A DNA stretch of 32,000 nt from Acaryochloris marina MBIC11017 (GCF_000018105.1 NC_009925.1:1980001-2012000), one strand, 5' to 3'; numbered from the stretch's first letter, positions 7,357-16,410 are shown. Notes: generated by a model from the letters alone, not told the origin. Numbers and translations are program-made.

Positions 7357-7848
7357 ATGACTTCTGTTCGGAAAGGGGCTTTACTAGCGGTTTATATCGG
7401 GGTCGGGACTTTGGTGACACCCCAAATTGTGCAATCCCACCATACTCAGCCCCAAACCGTCTCATCCGCCGATCAGAAAACCAAACATCATCACCACAAG
7501 CACCATAAACAACTCGAAATTTCCGCCAATCAAGCCCCACCCACGGTCGAGTTAGTCGCTCATCCTGATCAGGTCCAGGGCTGGAATTTAGAACTAAAGG
7601 TCACTAACTTTAACTTTGCCCCCACCAAAGTCAATGCCCCGAGTAAAATCTCCGAAGGCCATGCTCACCTGTATATCAATGACAAAAAAGTAACTCGTCT
7701 TTACGGCAATTGGTACTATCTCTCTGAGTTACCCACAGGCACGAACACCCTCAAAGTCACCCTCAACAGCAACGGCCATGAAGCCCTCGTGCGTCGAGGC
7801 CAACCCATCAGCGACACTGCAGTGATTCAGGTTGCGCCCCGACCCTAA
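7357..7848 (+). CDS. Secreted/periplasmic His-rich protein, possibly metal-binding
   Basis: The ORF is open from GTG 7279. ATG 7357 (MTSVRKGALLAVYIGVGTLV...) gives a signal-peptide-like N-terminus and is preceded by GGGGA. It has a His cluster KTKHHHHKHHK and EGHAHLYINDKKV in a beta-rich C-terminal domain. Its stop lies 1 nt before the next ATG. Confidence 0.7.
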   Translation: MTSVRKGALLAVYIGVGTLVTPQIVQSHHTQPQTVSSADQKTKHHHHKHHKQLEISANQAPPTVELVAHPDQVQGWNLELKVTNFNFAPTKVNAPSKISEGHAHLYINDKKVTRLYGNWYYLSELPTGTNTLKVTLNSNGHEALVRRGQPISDTAVIQVAPRP

Positions 7849-7849
7849 A

Positions 7850-7981
7850 ATGCTAGACCTGTTGCTCGTCACAGCCCTGGGATTTGTCGGCAGCTTTGGC
7901 CATTGCGTCGGTATGTGTGGACCCTTAGCCGCCAGCTTTGCCCTGACCTCCGGTGGATCCCGAACGTGCGACAACAACTAA
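7850..7981 (+). pseudogene. Detached N-terminal fragment (HCxGMCGP motif) of the downstream DsbD_2-type gene; apparent 1-nt frameshift
   Basis: ATG 7850 lies 1 nt after the upstream TAA (7846-7848). My translation is MLDLLLVTALGFVGSFGHCVGMCGPLAASFALTSGGSRTCDNN*, with TAA at 7979-7981. The next conserved block of this family (LLLNLGRSLSYGLIGAAIG) continues in the -1 frame, in ORF 7903..9069. Confidence 0.5.
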
Positions 7982-9069
7982 CCTTTCATCTTCTGCTCAA
8001 TCTGGGACGAAGTCTAAGTTATGGCCTGATCGGAGCAGCCATTGGTGCCCTTAGTTCTGTCCTGGTTGCGGGGGGAGAGCTGGCGGGCATCGATAGTGTT
8101 CTTCGTCGTAGCATTGCCTTTTTGATGGGTGGCTTGTTGATCTGGCTGGGAGTTCGGCAAATTCGTCCCGGCTGGCTACCTAAACTACCCTTGCCGCACC
8201 CATTATTGAAATTGGGGCTGCATGAGCGTTTCAATCGAGCCATGGCAGGGTTGGCCCATCAACCCCACTGGTGGACGCCTGCGTTACTGGGCATGGTTTG
8301 GGGACTCATTCCCTGTGGCTTTCTGTATGCAGCCCAAATTAAAGCCGCAGCCACAGGGGACTGGTTACTCGGAAGTGCCACGATGCTGTGTTTCGGGTTG
8401 GGAACGATGCCAACCTTGTTAGGAGTGGGGCTTTCCACTGCCATTCTTAGCCAGGATCGACGCAGCCAGCTCTTTCTGTTAGGGGGCTGGCTGATGCTGA
8501 TCATTGGTGTGCTGACCGTCCTCAGAACGGGAGAAATGCAGGACTACAGCAGCCATACCGCCTTGTTGTTATTAATGTTGGCCCTCCTCGCCCGTCCCAT
8601 CCAACCTTTGTGGTCAGCTCCACTGCACTATCGACGGTTATTGGGGGTTGGGGCCTTTATCCTCTCACTCATCCATGTATTGCGGGTACTCGACCATTCC
8701 TTTCAGTGGTCTCTCACAGCGGTTCCCTTTATGCTGCCCCTCCATCAAGCAGGTCTCTGGACAGGTATCGCTGCATTAACCTTGCTCATTCCGTTAGCTA
8801 CAACCAGTACCAATTGGATGGTGCAACGATTAGGTTCCCATTGGCGACGACTCCATCTTCTCAGTATCCCTGCTCTCCTATTAGCAGGCAGCCATACGGT
8901 GATGATCGGATCCCATTATTTAGGGGGGCTGGAATGGACAGGGGTGCATTTGGGGAGAACTGTTGCGATCACAACGGCAATCCTCCTGGTTTTACTGATC
9001 CGCTGCCGTTGGGTATGGGCCTTGTTCTCACTGGAGAAATTTTATGGTGCGTCTTCTCCATTGCGGTAG
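7903..9069 (+). CDS. Membrane protein: DsbD_2/TauE-like TM domain fused to an MsrQ/YedZ-like (ferric-reductase-type) heme-b domain; N-terminus apparently lost by frameshift
   Basis: 388-aa ORF. TTG is the first in-frame start and the frame is open from 7849. NLGRSLSYGLIGAAIG, GLIPCGFLYAAQ and FGLGTMPTLLG fit the DsbD_2 type. The C-terminal third has RRLLGVGAFILSLIHVL...LIPLATTSTNWMVQRLGSHWRRLHLLS...GSHTV. This matches the MsrQ/YedZ signature as I recall it (..TSTN..RRLG..W..LH.L..). Confidence 0.7.
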   Translation: MRRYVWTLSRQLCPDLRWIPNVRQQLTFHLLLNLGRSLSYGLIGAAIGALSSVLVAGGELAGIDSVLRRSIAFLMGGLLIWLGVRQIRPGWLPKLPLPHPLLKLGLHERFNRAMAGLAHQPHWWTPALLGMVWGLIPCGFLYAAQIKAAATGDWLLGSATMLCFGLGTMPTLLGVGLSTAILSQDRRSQLFLLGGWLMLIIGVLTVLRTGEMQDYSSHTALLLLMLALLARPIQPLWSAPLHYRRLLGVGAFILSLIHVLRVLDHSFQWSLTAVPFMLPLHQAGLWTGIAALTLLIPLATTSTNWMVQRLGSHWRRLHLLSIPALLLAGSHTVMIGSHYLGGLEWTGVHLGRTVAITTAILLVLLIRCRWVWALFSLEKFYGASSPLR

Positions 9070-9619
9070 TTTAGCCTTCTTAGCAGTTGGATTATTGGGC
9101 GGCCCCAGCCAGGCCCATACGGTCAAAGCATCCGACTCAGTTGCCGTCACCTTTCATTTAGAACCTGATCACAATCCAAGGGCAGGAGACCCTGCTCAAG
9201 TCTGGTTCGTCCTTACCCAAAAGGGGGGCAGTACCATCCCTCTCTCCCAATGCGACTGCCATCTGCAGGTGATTGCAGAGGAAAATGGACAGACAATTGC
9301 CCAACCGCCTTTAACCGCCGTCTCCGCAGAGCAATACCAAAATATTCCTGGCGCTGATGTGACGTTCCCAAAACCGGGGGCATACCAATTGAGCATTCAA
9401 GGCCAGCCACAAACAGGCGATGCATTCCAGCCATTTCAGTTTAGTTTTCCCGTCACTGTCGCTAAAGGCAGTAGCCCAAAGCCCTCTCCACCTGTCCAGT
9501 CAACAGATACGCCCTTGTCTTCGTCAAAATCAGGTCTACCCAAGGTTGTATGGATCAGCATCAGTATTGGCGTAGGACTCAGTTTCGTGATGCTAGTTCT
9601 TCGACTGCGCAAAAAATAG
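9044..9619 (+). CDS. Secreted protein with a C-terminal membrane anchor; predicted mature N-terminal His (possible Cu/metal-binding Ig-like domain)
   Basis: 191 aa, overlapping the upstream gene by 26 nt. Signal peptide MVRLLHCGSLAFLAVGLLGGPSQA|HTVKAS. It has a beta-rich domain, a Pro/Ser linker, a terminal TM helix VVWISISIGVGLSFVMLVL, then RLRKK. Confidence 0.7.
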   Translation: MVRLLHCGSLAFLAVGLLGGPSQAHTVKASDSVAVTFHLEPDHNPRAGDPAQVWFVLTQKGGSTIPLSQCDCHLQVIAEENGQTIAQPPLTAVSAEQYQNIPGADVTFPKPGAYQLSIQGQPQTGDAFQPFQFSFPVTVAKGSSPKPSPPVQSTDTPLSSSKSGLPKVVWISISIGVGLSFVMLVLRLRKK

Positions 9620-9678
9620 TGAATAGCCCATTGAGAGCATCCCGCTTCCAGAGTCCTCCAACAGAAGGGGGACAACAC

Positions 9679-10077
9679 TTACCCTTCTTCCAAGTAAAAC
9701 CGGTCGTTGCTCTGGACAGCATCACGCAGAATTAATTCTAGAGCCCTCAGATCCCATAAAACCCAATGGACCCCCTCCGGACTTTTATCGACTTCTGGAT
9801 AAGCCAGTAGATAATTCAAAAGCTTTTGAACGGTGTCCAGCCCTTGGTTAGGGTCATACCATTCAGGACTAGTTTCTAATGCTTTTCCGCCATCGTTTTC
9901 TTCAAGCATAAAGGCACTGAGAGGTGTAATGTTTAAGTCTTCTGCAATATCTTCCAACAAAAGACTCGCAGCAGGCAGATTGCCCCCAAACATCAGCTCT
10001 TCACCTTTGAGATCCATCTCAGCAGGTAAAGCACAGAATCCAGTGTTTTCTAGAACGATATCTAGGCATCTAGACAT
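9679..10077 (-). CDS. Small, strongly acidic hypothetical protein
   Basis: 132-aa ORF. By hand count it has about 26 Asp+Glu versus 8 Lys+Arg. No family named. Confidence 0.55.
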   Translation of the reverse strand: MSRCLDIVLENTGFCALPAEMDLKGEELMFGGNLPAASLLLEDIAEDLNITPLSAFMLEENDGGKALETSPEWYDPNQGLDTVQKLLNYLLAYPEVDKSPEGVHWVLWDLRALELILRDAVQSNDRFYLEEG

Positions 10078-10486
10078 GGACTGATTTTCTCCGAAAATTT
10101 AGCGACATCAATTTTCTATCGCCCGCTCACCCAGCATTTTGAGCAGTAAGGACCGCAAGACGCCTGAATCGCGCTGGTGACTAACCAACACAATGGGCTT
10201 TGCATCGGTTTGATTCTGCGATCGCAACCACCTTTACCAACCTCCGTCTTTTTCCCAAGATTCCCAAAACATCAGTGGCCTCTGACGACGTAGGAGGAAG
10301 ATTGCACACTAGCTATGCTCAACAACACTCTACGGGAAAAAGCGCTTTAGGTGTTTACGCTATGTGTTGTCGATGTTCACTAGATCCATTTCAGCACCAA
10401 TCACTTTTTGCGTTTGGAGCCGTCAAACTGGCATTCATCCTCCTCTAGAAGGGCACGCTAAGGACACCCTTCATCGTCCTTGCTTT

Positions 10487-11170
10487 ATGCCTAGCCCTCT
10501 TCAGAGACGAAACTTATTTCGTAAGTGGCTGACCCACACCATGTTGGGATTAATCGGTGGGGGAATCCTTTGTCTCCTGACCGTACCCGCCGGATTTTTG
10601 TTGCTGGGGGATCTGCTCATCAGGGTGAAGTTCTGTGGTTACGGGCAAAGTGCCATCGGCTGTTTGTTCTTTGGTGCAATCTTTGCAGGCGGACTGACAG
10701 TTGGATTTAGCGTGGGCCTAGCGCAGTGGTTCGTCCTAAAACGATTCCTTCAGCGGGCACGATGGTGGATTCTGGCGTCAACCCTAGGTTGGATGGGCAT
10801 CTTTTTCACCTTGTGTAACCTGTTTTATACGCCCATCCTCAACAATGGAGTGGTATTGCAAGCGATCGACGCAGACGCCCTCTCCGGAGTAGCAGGACTA
10901 CTGGGAGCTGGAGCATTAATGGGACTCTTTCAATGGCTGCTGATGGATCTCCCGTTAGTTCGCTCCTGGTCATGGATTGCACTACATATATGTCTGGCAC
11001 TTTTAGCAGCTTTAGCCGTAACATCGGGGCTTCATCCCGGCGGTGGAGTGACAGGAGCAAGCGTATTTATGGTTCTGTCATTCCCTATGTATGCAGTGAT
11101 ATCTGGAGCCGTGCTCAGCAGATTAATGGGGAACTTGAAAGTGGTCAATAGGCTGAGCCAAGCCACATAA
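10487..11170 (+). CDS. Integral membrane protein, function unknown
   Basis: The ORF is open from GTG 10364. Met42 (ATG 10487, MPSPLQRRNLFRKW...) precedes at least 6 hydrophobic helices. The start is uncertain. Confidence 0.6.
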   Translation: MPSPLQRRNLFRKWLTHTMLGLIGGGILCLLTVPAGFLLLGDLLIRVKFCGYGQSAIGCLFFGAIFAGGLTVGFSVGLAQWFVLKRFLQRARWWILASTLGWMGIFFTLCNLFYTPILNNGVVLQAIDADALSGVAGLLGAGALMGLFQWLLMDLPLVRSWSWIALHICLALLAALAVTSGLHPGGGVTGASVFMVLSFPMYAVISGAVLSRLMGNLKVVNRLSQAT

Positions 11171-11378
11171 GTGACTCAACCCGAGTGGCACTGGCCTCAA
11201 GCATCCCAACCACTGATCACCCTATCCAGGACCAAGAGGCCATCCAATCGTATGCTGGCAAGGGACGTACGCAAATAATCGTCCCTCATCTCCATCTGTA
11301 CAAGATAGCCCGCACTCATGCCAATACAGAAGGTTGAATATGGGTGACTCCATAAACCGAAGCACAAGCCCCCCCGAT

Positions 11379-11720
11379 CTATGCACCTGATTTTGGCGTT
11401 TCATTCGGGTCAATTTTGCAGACAAGTTCATAGACAGAGACTTGAGGCGACTCAGAGAAAAAGGGAGCCATTTTACTAAGAATCGCTTTTTGTTCTTCGC
11501 CCTCATGGGCTTCCATATCTTCTAGGTTGTCCCAAAGAATCACCGATACACCTTTGTCTGTACCGGGTTCTTGGAAGAGATAGGCTCCTTCAAAGCCATC
11601 AGAATAGGTTGCGATCGCTTGTTCATACAGATGTTGAACCTCGGCAAACTTACCTGGTTTGAACTCACCAATCGCCACTGATGCAAACCGCCGCTTCAAA
11701 CAATCCTGAAAGTCTGACAT
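11379..11720 (-). CDS. Hypothetical protein, possibly an ABM-like (dimeric alpha-beta barrel) fold
   Basis: 113-aa ORF. The pattern GVSVILWDNLEDMEAHEG...PQVSVYELV resembles small ABM/ferredoxin-like barrels. This is a weak call. Confidence 0.5.
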   Translation of the reverse strand: MSDFQDCLKRRFASVAIGEFKPGKFAEVQHLYEQAIATYSDGFEGAYLFQEPGTDKGVSVILWDNLEDMEAHEGEEQKAILSKMAPFFSESPQVSVYELVCKIDPNETPKSGA

Positions 11721-12032
11721 TGTTTACTCCTTTCGCCATTTTGAAGATATTTGGCTGGGGTTTGGGGGTGACAAAACGAACCCCAACAATTGATCAATGC
11801 TCAGTCTGGGTAATCAAGTTGACCAATATTCATAGGGTAGAAGGTGGTCGGATCAATACCGGGGAACTTAAACAACATCTAAGGAAGTGCTAGGGCTCTA
11901 ATGATCCCCAGCCGTTCATATTTGTTCACCTTTTTGCCCAAAATCATGAACTTTATTTATCTTGAGAAGTAAAAAGCAGCCAGCCGGGAATGCTGAAACT
12001 GAGACTTCCTTACTGCTTTTACCTCAGAATTG

Positions 12033-12614
12033 ATGAATATCAGCATCTCAGACTCATTTTTAAGCAAAGGATTGCCATTTTTAGACCGATGTCTCATGGG
12101 TCAAACCTCCTTCCACGGAATCGATCTAGCAGAAGTTCACTTAGATGGCGTGGTCCTTAAATACCTGGACTTAACTGCTGTAAATATGCAGGCAGCCAGT
12201 CTACAGCGAGCTAACCTACAACGATCTATTCTCACCGCTGGATGCTTAGACCAGGCAAATATGCAGGGATGTTACCTCTACCGTAGCCACTTGGAAAGGG
12301 CTTCGATGCAACAAGTCCAGTTACAGCGAGCCAATTTATCCCATGCTTACTTGAGGGGGGCCAATCTCCAGGGAGCGAATCTCCACCAAGCTCAACTGAT
12401 GGGCACCGATCTTCGGGACGCTAATCTCACGGATTGTCTACTCCAAGATGCGAATTGTAAAAGTGCCCTCTACAGTGCCAACACTCAATTTAGTCCATCT
12501 TTCGATCCAGTCCTTGCAGGCATGAAACTATGGACAGCAAAAACCTTGGTCAACTACAGCCACCAACGGGTGAGGGGGCAGAGAAATTGGGATTGGGGCT
12601 GGCAATGTTCGTAA
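12033..12614 (+). CDS. Pentapeptide-repeat protein
   Basis: Consecutive A(D/N)LXX-type pentads: ANLQRANLQRSIL...ANMQGCYLYRSHLERASMQQVQLQRANLSHAYLRGANLQGANLHQAQLMGTDLRDANLTD. ATG 12033 follows TTG 12030. Confidence 0.85.
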   Translation: MNISISDSFLSKGLPFLDRCLMGQTSFHGIDLAEVHLDGVVLKYLDLTAVNMQAASLQRANLQRSILTAGCLDQANMQGCYLYRSHLERASMQQVQLQRANLSHAYLRGANLQGANLHQAQLMGTDLRDANLTDCLLQDANCKSALYSANTQFSPSFDPVLAGMKLWTAKTLVNYSHQRVRGQRNWDWGWQCS

Positions 12615-12700
12615 TCCTCATTTAATGTCACCACTACCCCGGTCGGGGTAGGTTAACGTTATAATTTTATTAAGAAATGTAACAAACCCATCTCTCCCCC

Positions 12701-14224
12701 ATGTCTAAGTCACCCCACGAAACTGATGTCGTTGTCATTGGTGCAGGCATTGGTGGCTTAACGGCTGGAGCACTCTTAGCGAAGCGCGGCTATCGCGTCA
12801 AAGTCTTCGACCAAGCCTGGGTGCCAGGGGGCTGCGCCTCTACCTTTAAACGGCGAGGGTTCACCTTTGATGTGGGGGCAACCCAAGTAGCAGGTTTAGA
12901 ACCTGGCGGCATCCATCATCGGATTTTTCAGGAATTAGGGGTTGAGATCCCAACTGCAAGCCATTGTGATCCGGCATGCGCTGTCTTTTTGCCGGGAGAA
13001 ACAGAGCCCATTTCTGTCTGGCGAGACCCAGACCAATGGCAGGCAGAACGGGAAAAACACTTTCCCGGCAGTGACGGATTTTGGCAACTTCTGGCGAACC
13101 TATTTCGCTATAACTGGGGGTTTCAATCCCGCGATCCGGTGATTCCCCCACGTAATCTCTGGGATGGCTGGCAGCTCTTACAAGCCGTGCGTCCCGATAC
13201 CTTACTGACGGTTCCTCATCTATTTACAACGGTAGGGCAACTCCTCAGACTCACAGGTCTCGGAAATCAACGCCGCTTAAAAACGTTTTTGGACCTCCAA
13301 CTCAAGCTTTATTCCCAGGTGAATGCAGACCAGACTGCCTTACTATATGCGGCAACGGCATTAGGCGTATCGCAAGCCCCTCAGGGCTTGTTTCATTTGC
13401 ACGGCAGTATGCAGGTCCTGAGCGATCGCATCGTCGAAGCCCTGAAAAAGCATGGCGGTGAACTGCATATGGGCCATAGCGTTGACCAAATTCAGGTGCA
13501 TAGTCAGGAATTGTTAGGTGTATTAATCCGTCAGCAAAAAACAGGTGAGACTTGGACGGAATCGGCGGACCATGTGGTGGCCAATGTAACAGTGCAAAAC
13601 CTCGTCCGTTTGCTGGGAGAGGATGCCCCCAGACAGTATCAACAGCGAGTCAAAAAACTGCCGCCCTCCTCTGGGGCCTTTGTGATTTATCTCGGGGTAG
13701 ACGCGGCTGCCATTCCCGAGAACTGCCCGCCCCATCTGCAGTTTCTCTATGACTATGACGGCCCCATTGGCGAGAATAACTCCCTATTTGTATCCGTCAG
13801 CCGACCGGGGGATGGCCGCGCCCCCGAGGGCAAAGCCACGATCATCGCGTCTTCTTTTACAGATCCAAAGTTGTGGGATGAAGCCGAGGATTATGATGCG
13901 CTGAAGCAGGAGTATACGGAGGGTGCGATCGCACGTCTGAGTCAATACTTCCACCTTACTTCAGACACCATCATTCACCAAGAAGCAGCAACCCCCAGAA
14001 CCTTTGCCCACTTTACAGGTCGTAGCCAAGGCATAGTCGGGGGCATCGGTCAGCGTCTATCTACCTTTGGCCCTTTTGGATTTGCAACACGGACTCCGAT
14101 TAAGCGGTTATGGCTAGTCGGGGATTCAACTCATCCCGGCGAAGGCACGGCAGGAGTGAGCTATTCTGCCTTGACTGCCGTCAATCAATTGATGGCAATG
14201 GACGGTACACTCTCGATGGAGTAG
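12701..14224 (+). CDS. crtD: FAD-dependent carotenoid desaturase/isomerase family protein, most like cyanobacterial C-3',4' desaturase CrtD
   Basis: 507 aa. It has the N-terminal dinucleotide fold DVVVIGAGIGGLTAGALLAKRGYRV and GGCASTFKRRGFTFDVGATQVAGLEPGG, plus the C-terminal LWLVGDSTHPGEGTAGV typical of the CrtI/CrtD family. The specific CrtD assignment is from memory of cyanobacterial homologues. Confidence 0.7.
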   Translation: MSKSPHETDVVVIGAGIGGLTAGALLAKRGYRVKVFDQAWVPGGCASTFKRRGFTFDVGATQVAGLEPGGIHHRIFQELGVEIPTASHCDPACAVFLPGETEPISVWRDPDQWQAEREKHFPGSDGFWQLLANLFRYNWGFQSRDPVIPPRNLWDGWQLLQAVRPDTLLTVPHLFTTVGQLLRLTGLGNQRRLKTFLDLQLKLYSQVNADQTALLYAATALGVSQAPQGLFHLHGSMQVLSDRIVEALKKHGGELHMGHSVDQIQVHSQELLGVLIRQQKTGETWTESADHVVANVTVQNLVRLLGEDAPRQYQQRVKKLPPSSGAFVIYLGVDAAAIPENCPPHLQFLYDYDGPIGENNSLFVSVSRPGDGRAPEGKATIIASSFTDPKLWDEAEDYDALKQEYTEGAIARLSQYFHLTSDTIIHQEAATPRTFAHFTGRSQGIVGGIGQRLSTFGPFGFATRTPIKRLWLVGDSTHPGEGTAGVSYSALTAVNQLMAMDGTLSME

Positions 14225-14293
14225 TCATTTCGGCTCTCTCAATCTGTCTTAGCTGTTATATATGTCAGAGTGGAGAGAGCAACGGTAGCCATC

Positions 14294-14761
14294 ATGACCA
14301 GCCTACAGAAGCCCACTACATCCCATCAGCGACTCTACAACGCTGACTTTGCCCAATGGGTTGCTCAAGCCACCCTGCTATTACAGCAAGGCAAATTTGA
14401 TGAATTGGATATTGAGAACCTGATTGAAGAGGTGGAAGACTTGGGGAAACGCGATCGGCGTGCGCTCTGTAGCAATTTGGAAATTGTGCTGCTTCACTTA
14501 CTCAAATGGCAATTTCAGCCAGAGCAGCGATCTACCAGTTGGCGGGGGTCTATCCGTGAACATCGACGACGAATCGCCCGCATTCTCAAAGACTCTCCTA
14601 GTCTGAATCCATACCTTCAGCAGGAATACCAAGACTGCTATTTAGCAGCAAGGTTACAAGCCGCTGATGAAACAGGCTTACCCCTCAAAACTTTTCCTGA
14701 AGAGTGCCCCTATTTTCTTGAACAAGCTCTTAATGAGGCGTTCTTACTGGACACAGAGTAG
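14294..14761 (+). CDS. DUF29 domain protein
   Basis: LYNADFAQWVAQATLLLQQGKFDELDIENLIEEVEDLGKRDRRAL...LLHLLKWQFQPEQRSTSWRGSIREHRRRI is the classic DUF29 signature, a family expanded in cyanobacteria. The ORF is open from 14270; Met9 at 14294 is the likely start. Confidence 0.85.
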   Translation: MTSLQKPTTSHQRLYNADFAQWVAQATLLLQQGKFDELDIENLIEEVEDLGKRDRRALCSNLEIVLLHLLKWQFQPEQRSTSWRGSIREHRRRIARILKDSPSLNPYLQQEYQDCYLAARLQAADETGLPLKTFPEECPYFLEQALNEAFLLDTE

Positions 14762-14881
14762 AAACAAGTGGGGCATCATTGACGAGACTATAAGCAATCT
14801 CTTTGAGTCAGCTGTTCAATTATTCGTTCTTCTAGGTCAGCTCTATAGCCTAGCGTTTCTTGGTCATCTCAAACATTATCA

Positions 14882-15589
14882 TTACCGTTCAAAAATCTGA
14901 GTCATTTCCAGCAGAGAACGGATTTCATAGGTGGGTATAGCATGTGATGTATTTTCTTCATCATTTCGATTGAGCCATACTGAAATAGCCCCAACACCAT
15001 TTGCCCCTACAACATCTGAATCCAAAGAGTCACCAATATGCATCAATTGTTCAGGTGCACAACCGGCTTGAGCACAAGCAGAAAGAAATATTTCAGCTTG
15101 GGGCTTTTCGACCCCAATATCCTGTGAAAAAATTACGAAATCAAAATAACCAGACAAACCACACCGTTCTGGATAGCTGTTCCCATTAGAAATCAGACCA
15201 ATGGCAAAGCGATCCTTGAGGACATCTAAGCAAGGAATGACATCAGAATAGAGTTCGATAGCTTCAAATCGATGTTTGAGGTAGAGCTGATTCAAAGCAG
15301 CCGCCAGGGCTGGATCATCCCAATGAATAAACTCCAATGTTCTTTGAAAAGCTTTTAGCCTTATTTGTTCGAGATTAACGGTTGTTCCTTTCAACTCAGC
15401 TGCAACTGTCTTGCGAATGTCGATCATTTTGTCTATGGTCAACTGGGCTGAAGCCCGATCAGGAACGTGACGTTTCAGTTCCTGGAGCGTGAGAGCTAGA
15501 GAATGGCGCATGACTTTCTCGAAATCCCACAACGTCATATCACCATCAAAAGAAATGACTTTGATCTTGTCTAGGTCATGTGCAGCCAT
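14882..15589 (-). CDS. HAD-superfamily hydrolase
   Basis: 235 aa. Motif I is ISFDGDMTLWD (DxDxT), followed by LISNGN and a late GDSLDSDVVGA motif. Confidence 0.85.
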   Translation of the reverse strand: MAAHDLDKIKVISFDGDMTLWDFEKVMRHSLALTLQELKRHVPDRASAQLTIDKMIDIRKTVAAELKGTTVNLEQIRLKAFQRTLEFIHWDDPALAAALNQLYLKHRFEAIELYSDVIPCLDVLKDRFAIGLISNGNSYPERCGLSGYFDFVIFSQDIGVEKPQAEIFLSACAQAGCAPEQLMHIGDSLDSDVVGANGVGAISVWLNRNDEENTSHAIPTYEIRSLLEMTQIFER

Positions 15590-15622
15590 AATGCAGTAAG
15601 ACCATCATCGCCTCTTGGGAGT

Positions 15623-15922
15623 CTAGAGATTGTTAGAAGCTGGTTGTTCCAATAACTCCAATAAACCCACCGTACCGACAAAAAAAGTGTACAGCCCATA
15701 AGGAATGGGAGACTGCTCACGAGACTTGGCAAATAGACTCGCCACAACTCCTTCCACAGCATGGGCCGTTAAGGCAAATCGTTCAAACCAAAAGAGGCCC
15801 ATGGGCAACGGCGGTAACGGTTTTCCGGTCTGCAGGGCATAGAACGTCCATATTTCCAAACCGATAGCAGCGCAAATCAGGATGGGGGCAAGAACTTTGA
15901 TTATTGGGTAAAACTTTTTCAT
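15623..15922 (-). CDS. Small integral membrane protein, function unknown
   Basis: The ORF runs 15623..15964. Met15 (MKKFYPIIKVLAPILICAAIG..., start 15922) avoids overlap with the upstream gene. It has three to four hydrophobic helices. Confidence 0.55.
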   Translation of the reverse strand: MKKFYPIIKVLAPILICAAIGLEIWTFYALQTGKPLPPLPMGLFWFERFALTAHAVEGVVASLFAKSREQSPIPYGLYTFFVGTVGLLELLEQPASNNL

Positions 15923-15942
15923 TACTTTCAGTAGTGAGTGGT

Positions 15943-16410
15943 CTAAGAGGCTCCTTGACGCCAAAGCATCACAGTTAACCAGAACAGGAACAATTGAATC
16001 TTCAAATCCAGAGGAGCATTGACTGCAATCGTTGCCTGTCTCGATGAAAAACTATCTGGACGAATGCGTCCCAAGACCTGACTACCTTGACGAATTTGGA
16101 ATTCCCGCCGGAAAGGTGAGACTGCCTGCAAAACGAGCTTTTGAGTCCCAAAGGTTAACTCAAGTTTACGCCTCAAAGGATTTGGCTTCCGGGCTTGAGC
16201 AACAATTGATTCCTCGCGATCTTGCTTCAAGCTCCATTCCCCAGACAGCATCGGATGTGTAATGGTGTAACTTGCGTCGGGTAGGATTATTTCACCCTCA
16301 TCCTTCATCACCTTAAGTTCGATCCTGGCGGTTCCTTGAGAAGTCTCAATTCTATAATTCCAACCCCACATAGAAGCAGGAATACACTGCAGTTGAGTCA
16401 TCATGTCCAC
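15943..16410 (-). CDS. Hypothetical protein; beta-rich with a terminal hydrophobic helix (possibly a tubby/LURP-one/YxjI-like fold)
   Basis: 155 aa. It shows an alternating beta-strand pattern (WNYRIETSQGTARIELKV...YTITHP...GEWSLKQ...LVLQAVSPFRREFQIRQGSQVLGRIRP...ATIAVN) and ends in LKIQLFLFWLTVMLW. It overlaps the upstream gene by 10 nt. Confidence 0.55.
   Translation of the reverse strand: MDMMTQLQCIPASMWGWNYRIETSQGTARIELKVMKDEGEIILPDASYTITHPMLSGEWSLKQDREESIVAQARKPNPLRRKLELTFGTQKLVLQAVSPFRREFQIRQGSQVLGRIRPDSFSSRQATIAVNAPLDLKIQLFLFWLTVMLWRQGAS

Noticed and set aside
7946-7975. Programmed -1 ribosomal frameshifting as the explanation for the DsbD_2 frame switch
   Set aside because: There is no X XXY YYZ slippery heptamer and no obvious downstream pseudoknot or hairpin in the junction region. 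A mutation or sequencing indel is the simpler explanation.
10200-10448. 82-aa plus-strand ORF upstream of the membrane-protein gene
   Set aside because: It has a non-ATG start and a composition with no recognisable features. It overlaps the alternative N-terminal extension of the next gene. It is more likely 5' UTR or promoter region.
11222-11506. 94-aa minus-strand ORF overlapping the 3' end of the ABM-like gene
   Set aside because: It is out of frame with the better-supported 113-aa ORF. Its translation is basic and low-complexity (MRAKNKKRFLVKW...).
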